A stretch of DNA of 64,000 bases from an uncultured Dehalococcoidia bacterium. Its GTDB lineage: Bacteria > Chloroflexota > Dehalococcoidia > DSTF01 > JACRBR01. The notes under the pieces are model-generated. The model was not told where the DNA came from and searched no databases. It worked only from the letters and a program-made list of their open reading frames with translations. Location of the stretch: the NCBI GenBank assembly GCA_964487335.1, contig CAZAPT010000017.1, positions 2,710 through 66,709 on the forward strand. Reading direction: 5' to 3'. A program made the position numbers and the translations under genes. Positions 29,328-38,495 of the stretch are shown here, piece after piece; position 1 is the stretch's first letter, and each line of letters starts with the position of its first letter.

Positions 29328-30467
29328 ATGAGGATTGCGATCGACGCTACGTCGATCCCGCCGAAGCCCGCGGGGGCCGGCGTATACGCGATCGAGCTGA
29401 CGCGCGCGATGGCGTCGAGAGACGACCGGCGCGACGGGTACGCGATATTTGCGCGCGGGCCGTGGTTCGACGACCTGCTCGATGGGAGGCCGAACTGGCG
29501 CGTAGATCGGCTATCCGCCGGCTCGAGAATACGTCGGACGCTCTGGGAGCAAGCGGCACTCCCGTCGGCGCTGTCGCGACTACACATCGATGTTCTGCAC
29601 TCGACGCATCACACGCTGCCGCTGCGATCGGCCGGCGCGCGGCGGGTCGTGACGGTGCACGATCTGACGTTCTTTCGCATCCCACAGCGGTATCCGCTGG
29701 CGCGGCGCGTGTACATGCAGGCATCGGCTCGGCTAGCAGCACGGATGGCTGATGCGATCATCGTGCCGTCACAGGCAGTACGCGACGATGCATGCCGCAT
29801 ATTGCGTGTCTCGAAGGAAAGGCTGCACGTCGTGTACGAAGCGGCGTCTCCGCGATACGCGCCGGTCGACCGTGAGCGGACGATGAGCGTGGCGCGGCGG
29901 TATGGGCTCGAGGCGCCGTACATCCTCAGCGTCGGGAGCCTCGAGCCGGGGAAGAATCGTGCCCGGCTGATTCGGGCGCTGCATGAGTTGGGCGGCGAGG
30001 GAGTGGCGCATCAGCTCGCGATCGTGGGCCAGCCGGCCTGGGGGCATGAACCCGAGCGCGCGCTCGTCGAGCGGCTAGAGATGCGCGACCAGATCCGGTT
30101 CCTGGGCTACGTGCCGGACGAGGACATGCCGGCGTTATATAGCGGGGCGCAGAACTTCGCGTTTCCATCGGTGTATGAAGGGTTCGGGCTGCCGGTGCTA
30201 GAGGCGATGGCGTGCGGAACGCCGGTGCTGACTTCGAACGTGTCCGCAACGGCGGAGGTCGCCGGCGATGCGGCACTGCTCGTCGAACCGCGCTCGGTCG
30301 AATCGATCCGCGACGGGCTGGCACGAATGATCGCTGACGGCGAGCTGCGGGAGCTGCTGGCGAGACGGGGCATCGCGCGGGCGGCGCAGTTCTCGTGGCG
30401 GCGCGCGGCGGACGAAACGCACGGGGTCTATGGTCGAGTGTTCGCGGGTGCGACGTCGGCCTCATGA
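29328..30467 (+). CDS. Family 4 glycosyltransferase (GT-B)
   Basis: 379 aa. C-terminal EGFGLPVLEAMACGTPV GT4 signature. Confidence 0.8.
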   Translation: MRIAIDATSIPPKPAGAGVYAIELTRAMASRDDRRDGYAIFARGPWFDDLLDGRPNWRVDRLSAGSRIRRTLWEQAALPSALSRLHIDVLHSTHHTLPLRSAGARRVVTVHDLTFFRIPQRYPLARRVYMQASARLAARMADAIIVPSQAVRDDACRILRVSKERLHVVYEAASPRYAPVDRERTMSVARRYGLEAPYILSVGSLEPGKNRARLIRALHELGGEGVAHQLAIVGQPAWGHEPERALVERLEMRDQIRFLGYVPDEDMPALYSGAQNFAFPSVYEGFGLPVLEAMACGTPVLTSNVSATAEVAGDAALLVEPRSVESIRDGLARMIADGELRELLARRGIARAAQFSWRRAADETHGVYGRVFAGATSAS

Positions 30468-31345
30468 CGGACTGCATCGATCTCTCGATCGTCATTGTGT
30501 CGTACAACTCGCGGGAGGTGCTGCCGCGATGCCTCCGGTCACTGTTGGAGCATACTCGCATGTCGCACGAGATCGTCATTGCGGACAACGCATCGACGGA
30601 CGGCACGATCGAACTCCTCGAGCGCGAGTTTCCGTCGGTCCGCATCGTCGCGCGGGCGCGCAATGACGGGCTATCGGCGGCGATCAACGACGGAGTGACG
30701 GCGTCGAAGGGGCCGTACATCGCCCAGCTCAATCCGGACGTGTACGCCACCGAGGACGCGCTGACGCCGCTGGCGGAGTACCTGCGGTTGAACGAGCATG
30801 TCGGGATCGTGGCGCCGAAGCTGCTGAACGACGACGGGACGGTACAACTCAGCTGCCGCCGATTCCCCGGATACTCGACGGCCCTCTTCAACCGCTATTC
30901 CGTACTCACGCGCCTGCTGCCGCGCAATCGCTTCTCGCGCGACTACCTGATGGCTGACTTCGACCACGCATCTGTGCAGGACGTGGACTGGGTGAGCGGC
31001 GCCGCACTGATGCTGCCACGGGCAGTGTTCGACCGCATAGGCGGTTGGGATCCGGGGTACTTCATGTTCAGCGAGGACGTTGACGTATGCCGGCGTGTGC
31101 ACGATGCGGGATATCGGGTGGTGTACAACCCCGCCGTCGCCGTGCACCACACGATCGGCGTAAGCGCGCATCCTTCGGCACGGATGATCGTCGCGCGGCA
31201 CAGGAGCATGTGGCGGTACTACCGGAAGCACATGCGTCGCGGGCGCACGCGTGACCTGGCGACCGCGGCGGGGATCGCTGCGCGTGCGGGTTCGTTGCTG
31301 GCGGCGAATGCGGCTTCGCGTGCAGTCGCGGCTATCCGCAGTTAG
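30464..31345 (+). CDS. Family 2 glycosyltransferase
   Basis: Internal start MTDCIDLSIVIVSYNS with ATGA overlap to the GT4 stop. DNASTDGT DxD region. Confidence 0.75.
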   Translation: MTDCIDLSIVIVSYNSREVLPRCLRSLLEHTRMSHEIVIADNASTDGTIELLEREFPSVRIVARARNDGLSAAINDGVTASKGPYIAQLNPDVYATEDALTPLAEYLRLNEHVGIVAPKLLNDDGTVQLSCRRFPGYSTALFNRYSVLTRLLPRNRFSRDYLMADFDHASVQDVDWVSGAALMLPRAVFDRIGGWDPGYFMFSEDVDVCRRVHDAGYRVVYNPAVAVHHTIGVSAHPSARMIVARHRSMWRYYRKHMRRGRTRDLATAAGIAARAGSLLAANAASRAVAAIRS

Positions 31346-32461
31346 CTATTTGTCCGCGGGGTGATCCGTCGCGGGAGCGAAGACGCGCTGGCGCAGCCAG
31401 ACGACGCTGTTGCTGTTCCACAGCGTGACAAGGTAGCCGAGGCGTAGCAGCGTCAGCGTGACGAGACCGATCAGGCTCGCGATCACGATCCCCTCGATCC
31501 AGAACACATCGAAGTAGTGGAGCAGGATCGCGGCCAGCGAGAACATCACCGCGAGGCCGTAGATGATCGCGAGCAGACCGCGCGGGCCGGCGCCGTACAG
31601 CTCAAGGCGATGATGGATGTGGTCTTCGTCGCCGAGCATCGGGTGGCGGTGCTGGAGGATACGCCGGATCGTCGCGAGGCCGAGGTCGAGGATAGGGTAG
31701 CCGAGCGCGACGAGCGGCACGGCGATGAAGATTTCGCCCGTGGGGCCGGTGGCGGCGCGGATGGAAAGCGTGCCGATGACGAAACCCAGGACGTAAGCGC
31801 CGGAGTCGCCGATATAGGACGACGCCGGCGGCAGGTTGAAGGGCAGGAAGCCGAGGCCAGCGCCGGCGAGCGCAACGAGGAGCAGCGCGACCGTCGGGTG
31901 CGACGAGTTCGACGCGATCTGCGCCATCGTGATGGCGGCAAGGATGGCGATGCCTACGGACACGCCGTCACGGCCGTCGGTCCAGTTGATGGCGTTCGTC
32001 GTGGCGTAGATCCAGAAGACGGTGACCACGAGGCCGAAGGCGCCGAAGCTCACGCTCGCGCCCCAGGGCAGGCCGACGTCGTCGATTCGGTAGCCGGCGG
32101 CGTAGGCGGCAAGCCCGGCGAAGACGAAGACGGCCGTGCGCAGCCACGGGCTGGTGAGCTTTACGTCGTCGAGGAATCCGACCATGAAGACGAGCGCGGT
32201 TGCCGCGAGCAGGCCGAGGAAACTCCCGGACTTCGGCGAGAAGAAGTCGCTGGCGTGGGGCGAGACGGCCGAGGCTATGAACGGCGTGAGGCCGAAGGCG
32301 GCGAGGAAGACGACGCCGCCCCACCGTGGCCGCTCCATGACGCCGCGGACGTGGAAGAGGGCGACGAACCGCTCAGTGCGGGAGAGGGCCTGCAGGGCGA
32401 CCGTGGCAGCGATGCCGATGCCGATCGATAGGGCGAGGGTGAGCAGATAGATATCGAGCAT
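31346..32461 (-). CDS. Polyprenyl-phosphate sugar-1-phosphate transferase (WecA/TagO/MraY family)
   Basis: 371 aa, about 10 TM. NAINWTDGRDG and DDV motifs of the GT4/MraY-type phosphotransferases. Confidence 0.8.
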   Translation of the reverse strand: MLDIYLLTLALSIGIGIAATVALQALSRTERFVALFHVRGVMERPRWGGVVFLAAFGLTPFIASAVSPHASDFFSPKSGSFLGLLAATALVFMVGFLDDVKLTSPWLRTAVFVFAGLAAYAAGYRIDDVGLPWGASVSFGAFGLVVTVFWIYATTNAINWTDGRDGVSVGIAILAAITMAQIASNSSHPTVALLLVALAGAGLGFLPFNLPPASSYIGDSGAYVLGFVIGTLSIRAATGPTGEIFIAVPLVALGYPILDLGLATIRRILQHRHPMLGDEDHIHHRLELYGAGPRGLLAIIYGLAVMFSLAAILLHYFDVFWIEGIVIASLIGLVTLTLLRLGYLVTLWNSNSVVWLRQRVFAPATDHPADK

Positions 32462-32592
32462 GCGTCCGTTCGCCTCGATCCGAGGTGTACTCTAGCATCG
32501 GGCGCGATGCATTGCCTAAGCCTTCGTCGAGGGATAGCGATACTCAAACACTCGAACGCGATCACCTCTCCAAATCCACTGGACGTCATCTG

Positions 32593-33516
32593 ATGCCGCA
32601 TCGATTCATCGCGGGGGTGGATATTGGGGCGTCGAACCTGCGGGTGGCGATCGCCAACGAAGATGGCGAGATCGAGGCGCGGCGGTCGGCGCCGTTCGAC
32701 GGCGGGACGCCGGAGCAAGTGCTGGCGCGTATCCGGCGGACGATCGACGACCTGGCGCGGGGCGTGTGGGTAGGGGCGAAGGCGGCGGCCATCGGCATCG
32801 CTCTGCCAGGGACGGTGGACCCAGCCCGCGGCACGGTGGCGAGCGCGGCGAACCTGCCGGGATGGGGCGACGTGCCGATCGCGGAGATCTTCGGCGGCGA
32901 GCGGCGGCTGCCGGTGGCCATCGAGAACGACGCGAACGCAGCGGCGGTGGGAGAGCAATGGCTGGGAGCGGCGCGCGGGATGAAAAACTTCGTGTTCATC
33001 GCACTGGGGACGGGGATCGGCGCGGGGGTGGTGCTCGGCGGGCGGTTGCATCGCGGCGAGCACTTCCTCGCCGGGGAGGTGGCGTTCACGCCGATGACGC
33101 GGAAGCACCTACGCACGCCGGGCTGGGACAACTGCCTCGAAGGGGTCGTGGGCGGGCGGGTGTACGGGTCGAAGGCTGTTGAGCTGCTCGGCGAGAGCGG
33201 CCGAGCCTCCGAGTTGTTCGATGCGGCGAGGAGTGGCGACGCGCGGGCGGTGGAGTGGCTGCGGGAGGTGCAGGAGTATCTCGCGATGTCGGTCGCGGGG
33301 TTCATCGCGCTGCTGGACGTCGAGGGAGTGATCTTCGGAGGTGGCGTGGCGATGGCGCAGGGGGAGTGGTTCGTTGCGCCGGTGCGGGAGATGGCGTTGC
33401 GATCGGTACCGTTCGGGGCGAAGGTGTTGCTGTCGGAATTGGGGGAGGATGCCCAGCTCTACGGCGCGATGAAGCTCGCGATCGAGCGGATGCGGGATGA
33501 GGCAACTGCGAAGTGA
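32593..33516 (+). CDS. ROK-family sugar kinase (glucokinase-like)
   Basis: Internal start MPHRFIAGVDIGASN. ROK glycine-rich ATPase motifs; ROK-type Cys/His motif absent. Confidence 0.75.
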   Translation: MPHRFIAGVDIGASNLRVAIANEDGEIEARRSAPFDGGTPEQVLARIRRTIDDLARGVWVGAKAAAIGIALPGTVDPARGTVASAANLPGWGDVPIAEIFGGERRLPVAIENDANAAAVGEQWLGAARGMKNFVFIALGTGIGAGVVLGGRLHRGEHFLAGEVAFTPMTRKHLRTPGWDNCLEGVVGGRVYGSKAVELLGESGRASELFDAARSGDARAVEWLREVQEYLAMSVAGFIALLDVEGVIFGGGVAMAQGEWFVAPVREMALRSVPFGAKVLLSELGEDAQLYGAMKLAIERMRDEATAK

Positions 33517-33956
33517 GTGGTGTGTTGCGCGTGGCGGCGGCGGCGAGCATGATCCTCTGCTTAGCGTTTGCGGCCGGGTGCGGGTCGGGTGGTGGTGGCA
33601 GCGTCGGAAGCACCGGCGTCGGGCGCGCGACGGCGACGTTCGTCGGATCTGGAGGGTTCGCTATCGGGGAGATCAAGCGCCTTCCGGGCGGGACGGCCGT
33701 ACCGACGGACGCGCGGACGCTCGTGAGCGCGGCGTGCAGCGAAGGACGGCTGGTCGTGAAGACGGACCGGGAGTCGGTAATCGGGCAGATGGACTGTAGC
33801 CAGATGATCCCACCGCAATTCGTAGACAAGTTTCGCGGGAAGCCGGTCGCGTTGAGCTACAACGGCCAGCGCCTGCGGTTGGAGAGCGCGAGCGAAGGCA
33901 CGGTGGAGATGACGGTATCGAACGCGACGGTGGGGACCGGGGATGTGTCGCCGTGA
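33513..33956 (+). CDS. Hypothetical lipoprotein
   Basis: 147 aa. LAFAAGC lipobox, Gly-rich linker. Start overlaps the ROK stop. Confidence 0.5.
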   Translation: MSGVLRVAAAASMILCLAFAAGCGSGGGGSVGSTGVGRATATFVGSGGFAIGEIKRLPGGTAVPTDARTLVSAACSEGRLVVKTDRESVIGQMDCSQMIPPQFVDKFRGKPVALSYNGQRLRLESASEGTVEMTVSNATVGTGDVSP

Positions 33957-33993
33957 CGGTTGCGAGCCGAGGCCATGATACGAGCCAGACAGC

Positions 33994-34536
33994 GTGAGGC
34001 CTGAGCCCGACGAGTACTTCATGGGCATCGCGCTGGCCGTGCGGTCGCGTGCGAACTGCACGGGCCGGCGGGTGGGCGCGCTCATCGTCCGCGACTATCG
34101 GATCCTGAGCACCGGATACAACGGGACGCCGTCGAAGATGTTGAACTGCGAGGACGGCGGATGCCATCGCTGCGCGCACCGGGAGGCTTATCCGTCTGGT
34201 GAGGGGTACGACCTGTGCATCTGCGTCCACGCGGAGCAGAACGCGCTGCTCGCGGCGGCGCGCTTCGGGGTGGCGGTCGAGGGATGCACGCTGTACAGCA
34301 CCATTCAGCCGTGCTTCGGATGTCTGAAGGAACTGCTGCAGGCGAACGTGCGGGAGGTGTGCTACCTGCACACCTGGCAGTCGCGGTTCGCCGAGCAGTA
34401 TGCGGCGCTGGTTGAGCGCATCGGGCCGGCGCGGTTTCGGCAGGTAGTCATCGACGATCCGGGCGCAGGGTGGGCGCTCGGCCGGGCGCGCGATGTGGGG
34501 GAGCGGGCGCTGGGGCACGAGCTGCTGGCGGACTGA
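33994..34536 (+). CDS. dCMP/cytidine deaminase-family zinc enzyme (ComEB-like)
   Basis: CVHAEQNAL and PCFGC zinc-binding motifs. Confidence 0.75.
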   Translation: MRPEPDEYFMGIALAVRSRANCTGRRVGALIVRDYRILSTGYNGTPSKMLNCEDGGCHRCAHREAYPSGEGYDLCICVHAEQNALLAAARFGVAVEGCTLYSTIQPCFGCLKELLQANVREVCYLHTWQSRFAEQYAALVERIGPARFRQVVIDDPGAGWALGRARDVGERALGHELLAD

Positions 34537-35015
34537 ACGGTTTTCACTGAACGATACTCATTTTTGCCTTGCGGCAGCCTTTTGGCTTCTGTATCTTAGT
34601 GAGTGCTTAGTAAGTTCGAACGGCCGGTGAACCACCGGGTTGGCTCGAACGTATCTAACCACGGTAGGGCTGGCGATCTCCGGACCGCTTCATGCTTGAG
34701 AGGCTCGTACCCGACAGGGCGAGCCTCTCATCGCGTCTGGCGGTGGAAGCCGAGATATATCCGATTTCTGACGCGGGATCCGACGGCACAGGCGAGGCAC
34801 CTGTACCACATGGTCCGGGAGATAAGTCGGCGTCGAACCGCCTAAGGATCTGTTTGCGTTCTCATCCGATCCGCTGCATAGCCCGTCGCAGCCCGAGCCA
34901 CGCGGGCTGAGAGCCCTCGCTACGGTCGATCGAAGGCTGGCGACCTCGGCGGACGAACGACGGAGAAATGTTAGGATTCCGCACAGCAACGCACGGTACG
35001 TATGTGCGGGGGTGA
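34537..35015 (+). promoter_or_regulatory. About 480-nt non-coding leader upstream of the wzm/wzt exporter (AT-rich promoter-like start, perfect 11-bp hairpin 34697..34730, ops-like GGCGGTGG at 34739..34746)
   Basis: No credible ORF (the 72-aa ORF 34692..34910 runs through the hairpin). Locally low GC at 34540..34620. Hairpin TGAGAGGCTCG-12 nt-CGAGCCTCTCA. Confidence 0.45.
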
Positions 35016-35792
35016 GGCCGTATCAACCGGCAGGTACGCAGAGCGTGGGAACTGCTGTATCTCCTCACGTTCCGCGAGCTGAAGCTCCGATACCAGGACA
35101 CCTTTTTCGGTTTCCTCTGGTCGCTCATCCGGCCGCTCCTACAAGGGGCTGTGCTGTTCATTGTGCTGCGGAAGTTCATCCGCATAGACGTGCCCGACTA
35201 CGGTCTCGTACTGCTCACCGGGCTCTTCCCGTGGACCTGGTTCCAGACGTCGCTCGTGATCGCCGTGGCGGCGTTCGCCTCGAACGGCGCACTGATCAAG
35301 AAGGTGTACTTCCCGCGCTTCGTACTGCCGCTTGCAACGGTGCTGAACAACGGTGTGCAGTTTGGGTTCTCGATACCGGTACTGATCGTGCTGCTCGGCA
35401 TCAGCGGGTACGTGCCGAACTGGACATGGCTTATCGGCGTACCCTACCTCCTGGCGGTGGAGGCGGTGTTGATCATGGGCATCGTACTCTTCATCGCGTC
35501 GCTCGACGTGTATTTCCGCGATCTCGAGCACCTGACCGATGTCTTCGTCGGTCTGATCTGGTTTTACATGACGCCCGTCATCTATCCGCTCTCGATCGTG
35601 CCTGAGAAGTATCATGACTGGGTGCTGCTCAACCCCATGGCATCGCTGATCGAGGGTTGGCGCGAACTCTTCCTGCACAACCAACTCCCCGGCGCTGACC
35701 TATGGCCCGCTCTCGTCTTCGCGGCCGGCATCGCCGCCGTTGGATCGCTGTCCTTCCGGACGATGGAAGGAGGCTTCGCCGATGCGCTCTGA
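35016..35792 (+). CDS. ABC-2 type polysaccharide exporter permease (Wzm/TagG-like); initiation codon unresolved
   Basis: Hallmark N-terminal motif WELLYLLTFRELKLRYQDTFFGFLWSLIRPL begins at 35046. An in-frame TGA lies at 35013..35015. No ATG/GTG/TTG exists between 35016 and the track start (GTG 35151). 6 TM follow. Confidence 0.7.
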   Translation, partial: GRINRQVRRAWELLYLLTFRELKLRYQDTFFGFLWSLIRPLLQGAVLFIVLRKFIRIDVPDYGLVLLTGLFPWTWFQTSLVIAVAAFASNGALIKKVYFPRFVLPLATVLNNGVQFGFSIPVLIVLLGISGYVPNWTWLIGVPYLLAVEAVLIMGIVLFIASLDVYFRDLEHLTDVFVGLIWFYMTPVIYPLSIVPEKYHDWVLLNPMASLIEGWRELFLHNQLPGADLWPALVFAAGIAAVGSLSFRTMEGGFADAL

Positions 35793-36603
35793 GGTGGGCT
35801 CGGACGTCGCTATAGCGTTCGACCACGTCTCGAAGCACTACTCGCTCTCGCTTCAGAAGCAGGCCACAGACTTCAAGACGATGATGCTCCACCTCCCGCG
35901 GTTTCTGTCTAACGCGCGGCGGCCATTCGTAGCGCTTGACGACATCACGCTACGGGTGCGGCGCGGGGAGAGCCTCGGGATCATCGGCCCGAATGGATCG
36001 GGGAAGAGCACGACGCTGCGGGTGATGTCGCGCATCACGCCGCCGACGTCCGGTGTAGTGACGGTCCAGGGGCGCATCTCCGGGCTGCTGGAGCTGGGAT
36101 CGGGGTTTCATCCCCAGATCAGCGGGCGCGAGAACGCAATCCTGAACGCGGTGCTGCTCGGGCTGACGCTTCAGGAAGCGCGCGCTGTGCTGCCGGACAT
36201 CGTGGCGTTCTCCGAGCTGGGGCAGTTCATCGACCAGCCGATGCGAACGTATTCGTCAGGCATGTTCTTCCGACTGGGGTTTTCGGTGGCCGTGCACGTG
36301 CAACCGGAGATCCTGCTAATCGACGAGGTGCTAGCGGTCGGCGACGCGGAGTTCCAGAAGAAGTGCATGGACCACATCCACGAGCTGAGGAAGCGCGGTG
36401 TCACGCTCGTGCTCGTAACGCACGACATGATGAGCCTGCCCAAGTTCTGCGATCGGGGCATCCTGCTCGAGCGGGGTCAGATCACGGACGAGGGGACGCC
36501 ACAGCAGGTAGTGCACAATTATTTGGCCAGGGTGGAGCGGCTGCTGGAGCTGCACGAATCCGAGCGTATGCGGCTGAAGTACGCGCAGGTGGCGTCGTCA
36601 TGA
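35782..36603 (+). CDS. ABC transporter ATP-binding protein (Wzt/TagH-like, no C-terminal carbohydrate-binding domain)
   Basis: Internal start MRSEVGSDVAIAFDHVSKHY overlaps the permease stop (ATGCGCTCTGA). Walker A GPNGSGKST, signature YSSGMFFRLGFS, Walker B LLIDE. Confidence 0.85.
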   Translation: MRSEVGSDVAIAFDHVSKHYSLSLQKQATDFKTMMLHLPRFLSNARRPFVALDDITLRVRRGESLGIIGPNGSGKSTTLRVMSRITPPTSGVVTVQGRISGLLELGSGFHPQISGRENAILNAVLLGLTLQEARAVLPDIVAFSELGQFIDQPMRTYSSGMFFRLGFSVAVHVQPEILLIDEVLAVGDAEFQKKCMDHIHELRKRGVTLVLVTHDMMSLPKFCDRGILLERGQITDEGTPQQVVHNYLARVERLLELHESERMRLKYAQVASS

Positions 36604-37232
36604 TGGTGCGGCTCGACTTCACAGGATCGGCTGACGTGTCGTCACGGGCGCTGCGGATCACGCCGAAGGCGGCGCCGGGCGTCGCGATCGTAGGGGAGGC
36701 CGGGCCGGCCTTGCCGTTTCGCGAGTCGGCGGTGGACGAAGTGTTCGTCGGCGGAGCGATCGCGCGGCGGAGCGACGTCGCCGACACGCTCGACGAGTTG
36801 TGGCGGATCAGCAAGCCGGGGGCGCTCATCCACCTTCGCCTACCGCACGCATCGTCGACGATTGCGGTGACGCGCGATCCGCGCGCGCAACCGATGTTCA
36901 CGCTGGACACATTCAACTACTACGACCCGAGCTCTCGGCCAGCGGATGCCCCGACGCAGACCGCGTTCACGGTCGAGCGGGCGGAGCTGCACGTCGCGGG
37001 GGACCGCGGCGATGCGAGCGGGCTGGCGCTCGCGCGGGGACGGTTCGCGGGGATCATCGAGAAGTTCGCCAACAACAGCCGCGGCAGCCAGTACCGGTTC
37101 GAGCGGTGGTTCGCGAACCTGTTTGGGGGATTCGAGGAGTTCAGCGTGGTCCTCGCCGTGGTGAAGGCGGAGCCGCGAAGAGCGGGCGCCGGGACGGTGG
37201 CGCAGGCGACCAGCGCAGGCAGGCGTTCCTGA
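36600..37232 (+). CDS. Hypothetical protein, degenerate/compact class-I methyltransferase-like fold
   Basis: Start ATGATGG overlaps the wzt stop. C-terminal half resembles Methyltransf_11 (DEVFVGGAI ... LDELWRISKPGALIHL). The motif-I region is degenerate (RLDFTGS). Confidence 0.45.
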   Translation: MMVRLDFTGSADVSSRALRITPKAAPGVAIVGEAGPALPFRESAVDEVFVGGAIARRSDVADTLDELWRISKPGALIHLRLPHASSTIAVTRDPRAQPMFTLDTFNYYDPSSRPADAPTQTAFTVERAELHVAGDRGDASGLALARGRFAGIIEKFANNSRGSQYRFERWFANLFGGFEEFSVVLAVVKAEPRRAGAGTVAQATSAGRRS

Positions 37233-37349
37233 ACAGATCACGAGTCTCAGATCACCGGTCGATTCTTAGGATGCGTGGATAGACGCCCTCGCCAGGGCCG
37301 TCATATACTCGACGCAGCACACATGCCCGACGAGGCAAGGAGAGTCGCC

Positions 37350-38423
37350 ATGGCTATCGACCAGGAGACGTTACACAAGGTCCAGACGGACGAGGCTGAG
37401 GTGCCGGCCGTCGACCTGAGCTGGATGAACGGTGGGTCCGAGTGGGGCATGGCGGCGAAGCCCGGGAAGCGCGGCCTCACCCTCGATGAAGTGAACATCG
37501 GGCGGTACGGGAAGGTGCCGCCGGTGAGTGATGCGCAGACCGCGAAACCGCGCGGAGCAGCGGTACGGTCAGGGGTGCCGCGCACCGGCTACTACATCCG
37601 CGACGCTGGCAGCGTGTGGTCGCAGAACGCGACGCTGCTGTACGAGGAGGCGGTTCAGCGGCAGTGGTCATCGGCGACGGACATCCCCTGGCGGGACATC
37701 GAACCGCTGCCGGAAGAGATCGAGTACGCGATGTGCCAGCTCTGCACCTTCCTCACGGAAGTGGAGTTCATCGCGGGTGACACGCCATCTCAGTGGCTAC
37801 CACGGATCTCGAACGATCACTTCGAGACGAAGCTGTTTCTCGCGACGCAGATCATGGACGAAGCACGTCACCTCGACGTGTTCCGCAAGCGGGCTCTGGT
37901 GAACGGCGGGGGGCTTCTGAAGTCGAGCCCCACGGCAGGGCTGCGCACGATCATCAATGCGCGGGACTTCACGGAGATGTCATCGATCATGCACGTGCAG
38001 GCAGAAGGCTTCGTGCAGAGCATGTTCCGCATGGGCGAGCTGGTCGCGAACAGCGACGTCGAGAAGCGGATCTTCCGGATGTGCGCGCAGGACGAATCAC
38101 GGCATCTCGGCTTCGGCGTGATGCACCTGAAGTACGTACTGGAGACGGAGCCGGAGCGCCGCGAGGAGATCCACAGCTACTTCGACGAGGCGGAGAACGC
38201 GGATCCGGAGACGGGAACGTTCGGGCCGGCAGTCGCAGAGTCGCTCATCATCCTGCTCGGGAAGGGCAAGGATAACTTCGACGACGGGTTCAACAAGTTC
38301 CTGGCACTGCAGAAGCGGCAGGCAAACGAGTACATGCACCGTCTGACGGTGGCAGGGCTGGGTGACCGTCGCGAGCGGATGGACCCGAACATGCGGGTGT
38401 TCCTCGATCCGCCTGCGGCGTAG
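37350..38423 (+). CDS. Ferritin-like diiron-carboxylate protein (DExRH x2; acyl-ACP desaturase / AurF-like oxygenase family)
   Basis: Start ATG with RBS AAGGAGAG. Motifs LTEVEF, MDEARHLD, QDESRHLGF form the E / ExxH / E / ExxH diiron ligand set. Confidence 0.65.
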   Translation: MAIDQETLHKVQTDEAEVPAVDLSWMNGGSEWGMAAKPGKRGLTLDEVNIGRYGKVPPVSDAQTAKPRGAAVRSGVPRTGYYIRDAGSVWSQNATLLYEEAVQRQWSSATDIPWRDIEPLPEEIEYAMCQLCTFLTEVEFIAGDTPSQWLPRISNDHFETKLFLATQIMDEARHLDVFRKRALVNGGGLLKSSPTAGLRTIINARDFTEMSSIMHVQAEGFVQSMFRMGELVANSDVEKRIFRMCAQDESRHLGFGVMHLKYVLETEPERREEIHSYFDEAENADPETGTFGPAVAESLIILLGKGKDNFDDGFNKFLALQKRQANEYMHRLTVAGLGDRRERMDPNMRVFLDPPAA

Positions 38424-38495
38424 AGATTCAGCCGCAAACACTCAAGGGGCTGCCGTAACGGCGGCCTCTTCGTTAATCCGCCAATCAACGCTGCG

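Noticed and set aside
34692-34910. 72-aa ORF inside the wzm leader
   Set aside because: It runs through the perfect hairpin and the ops-like motif and has no RBS or domain. It is treated as part of the structured leader.
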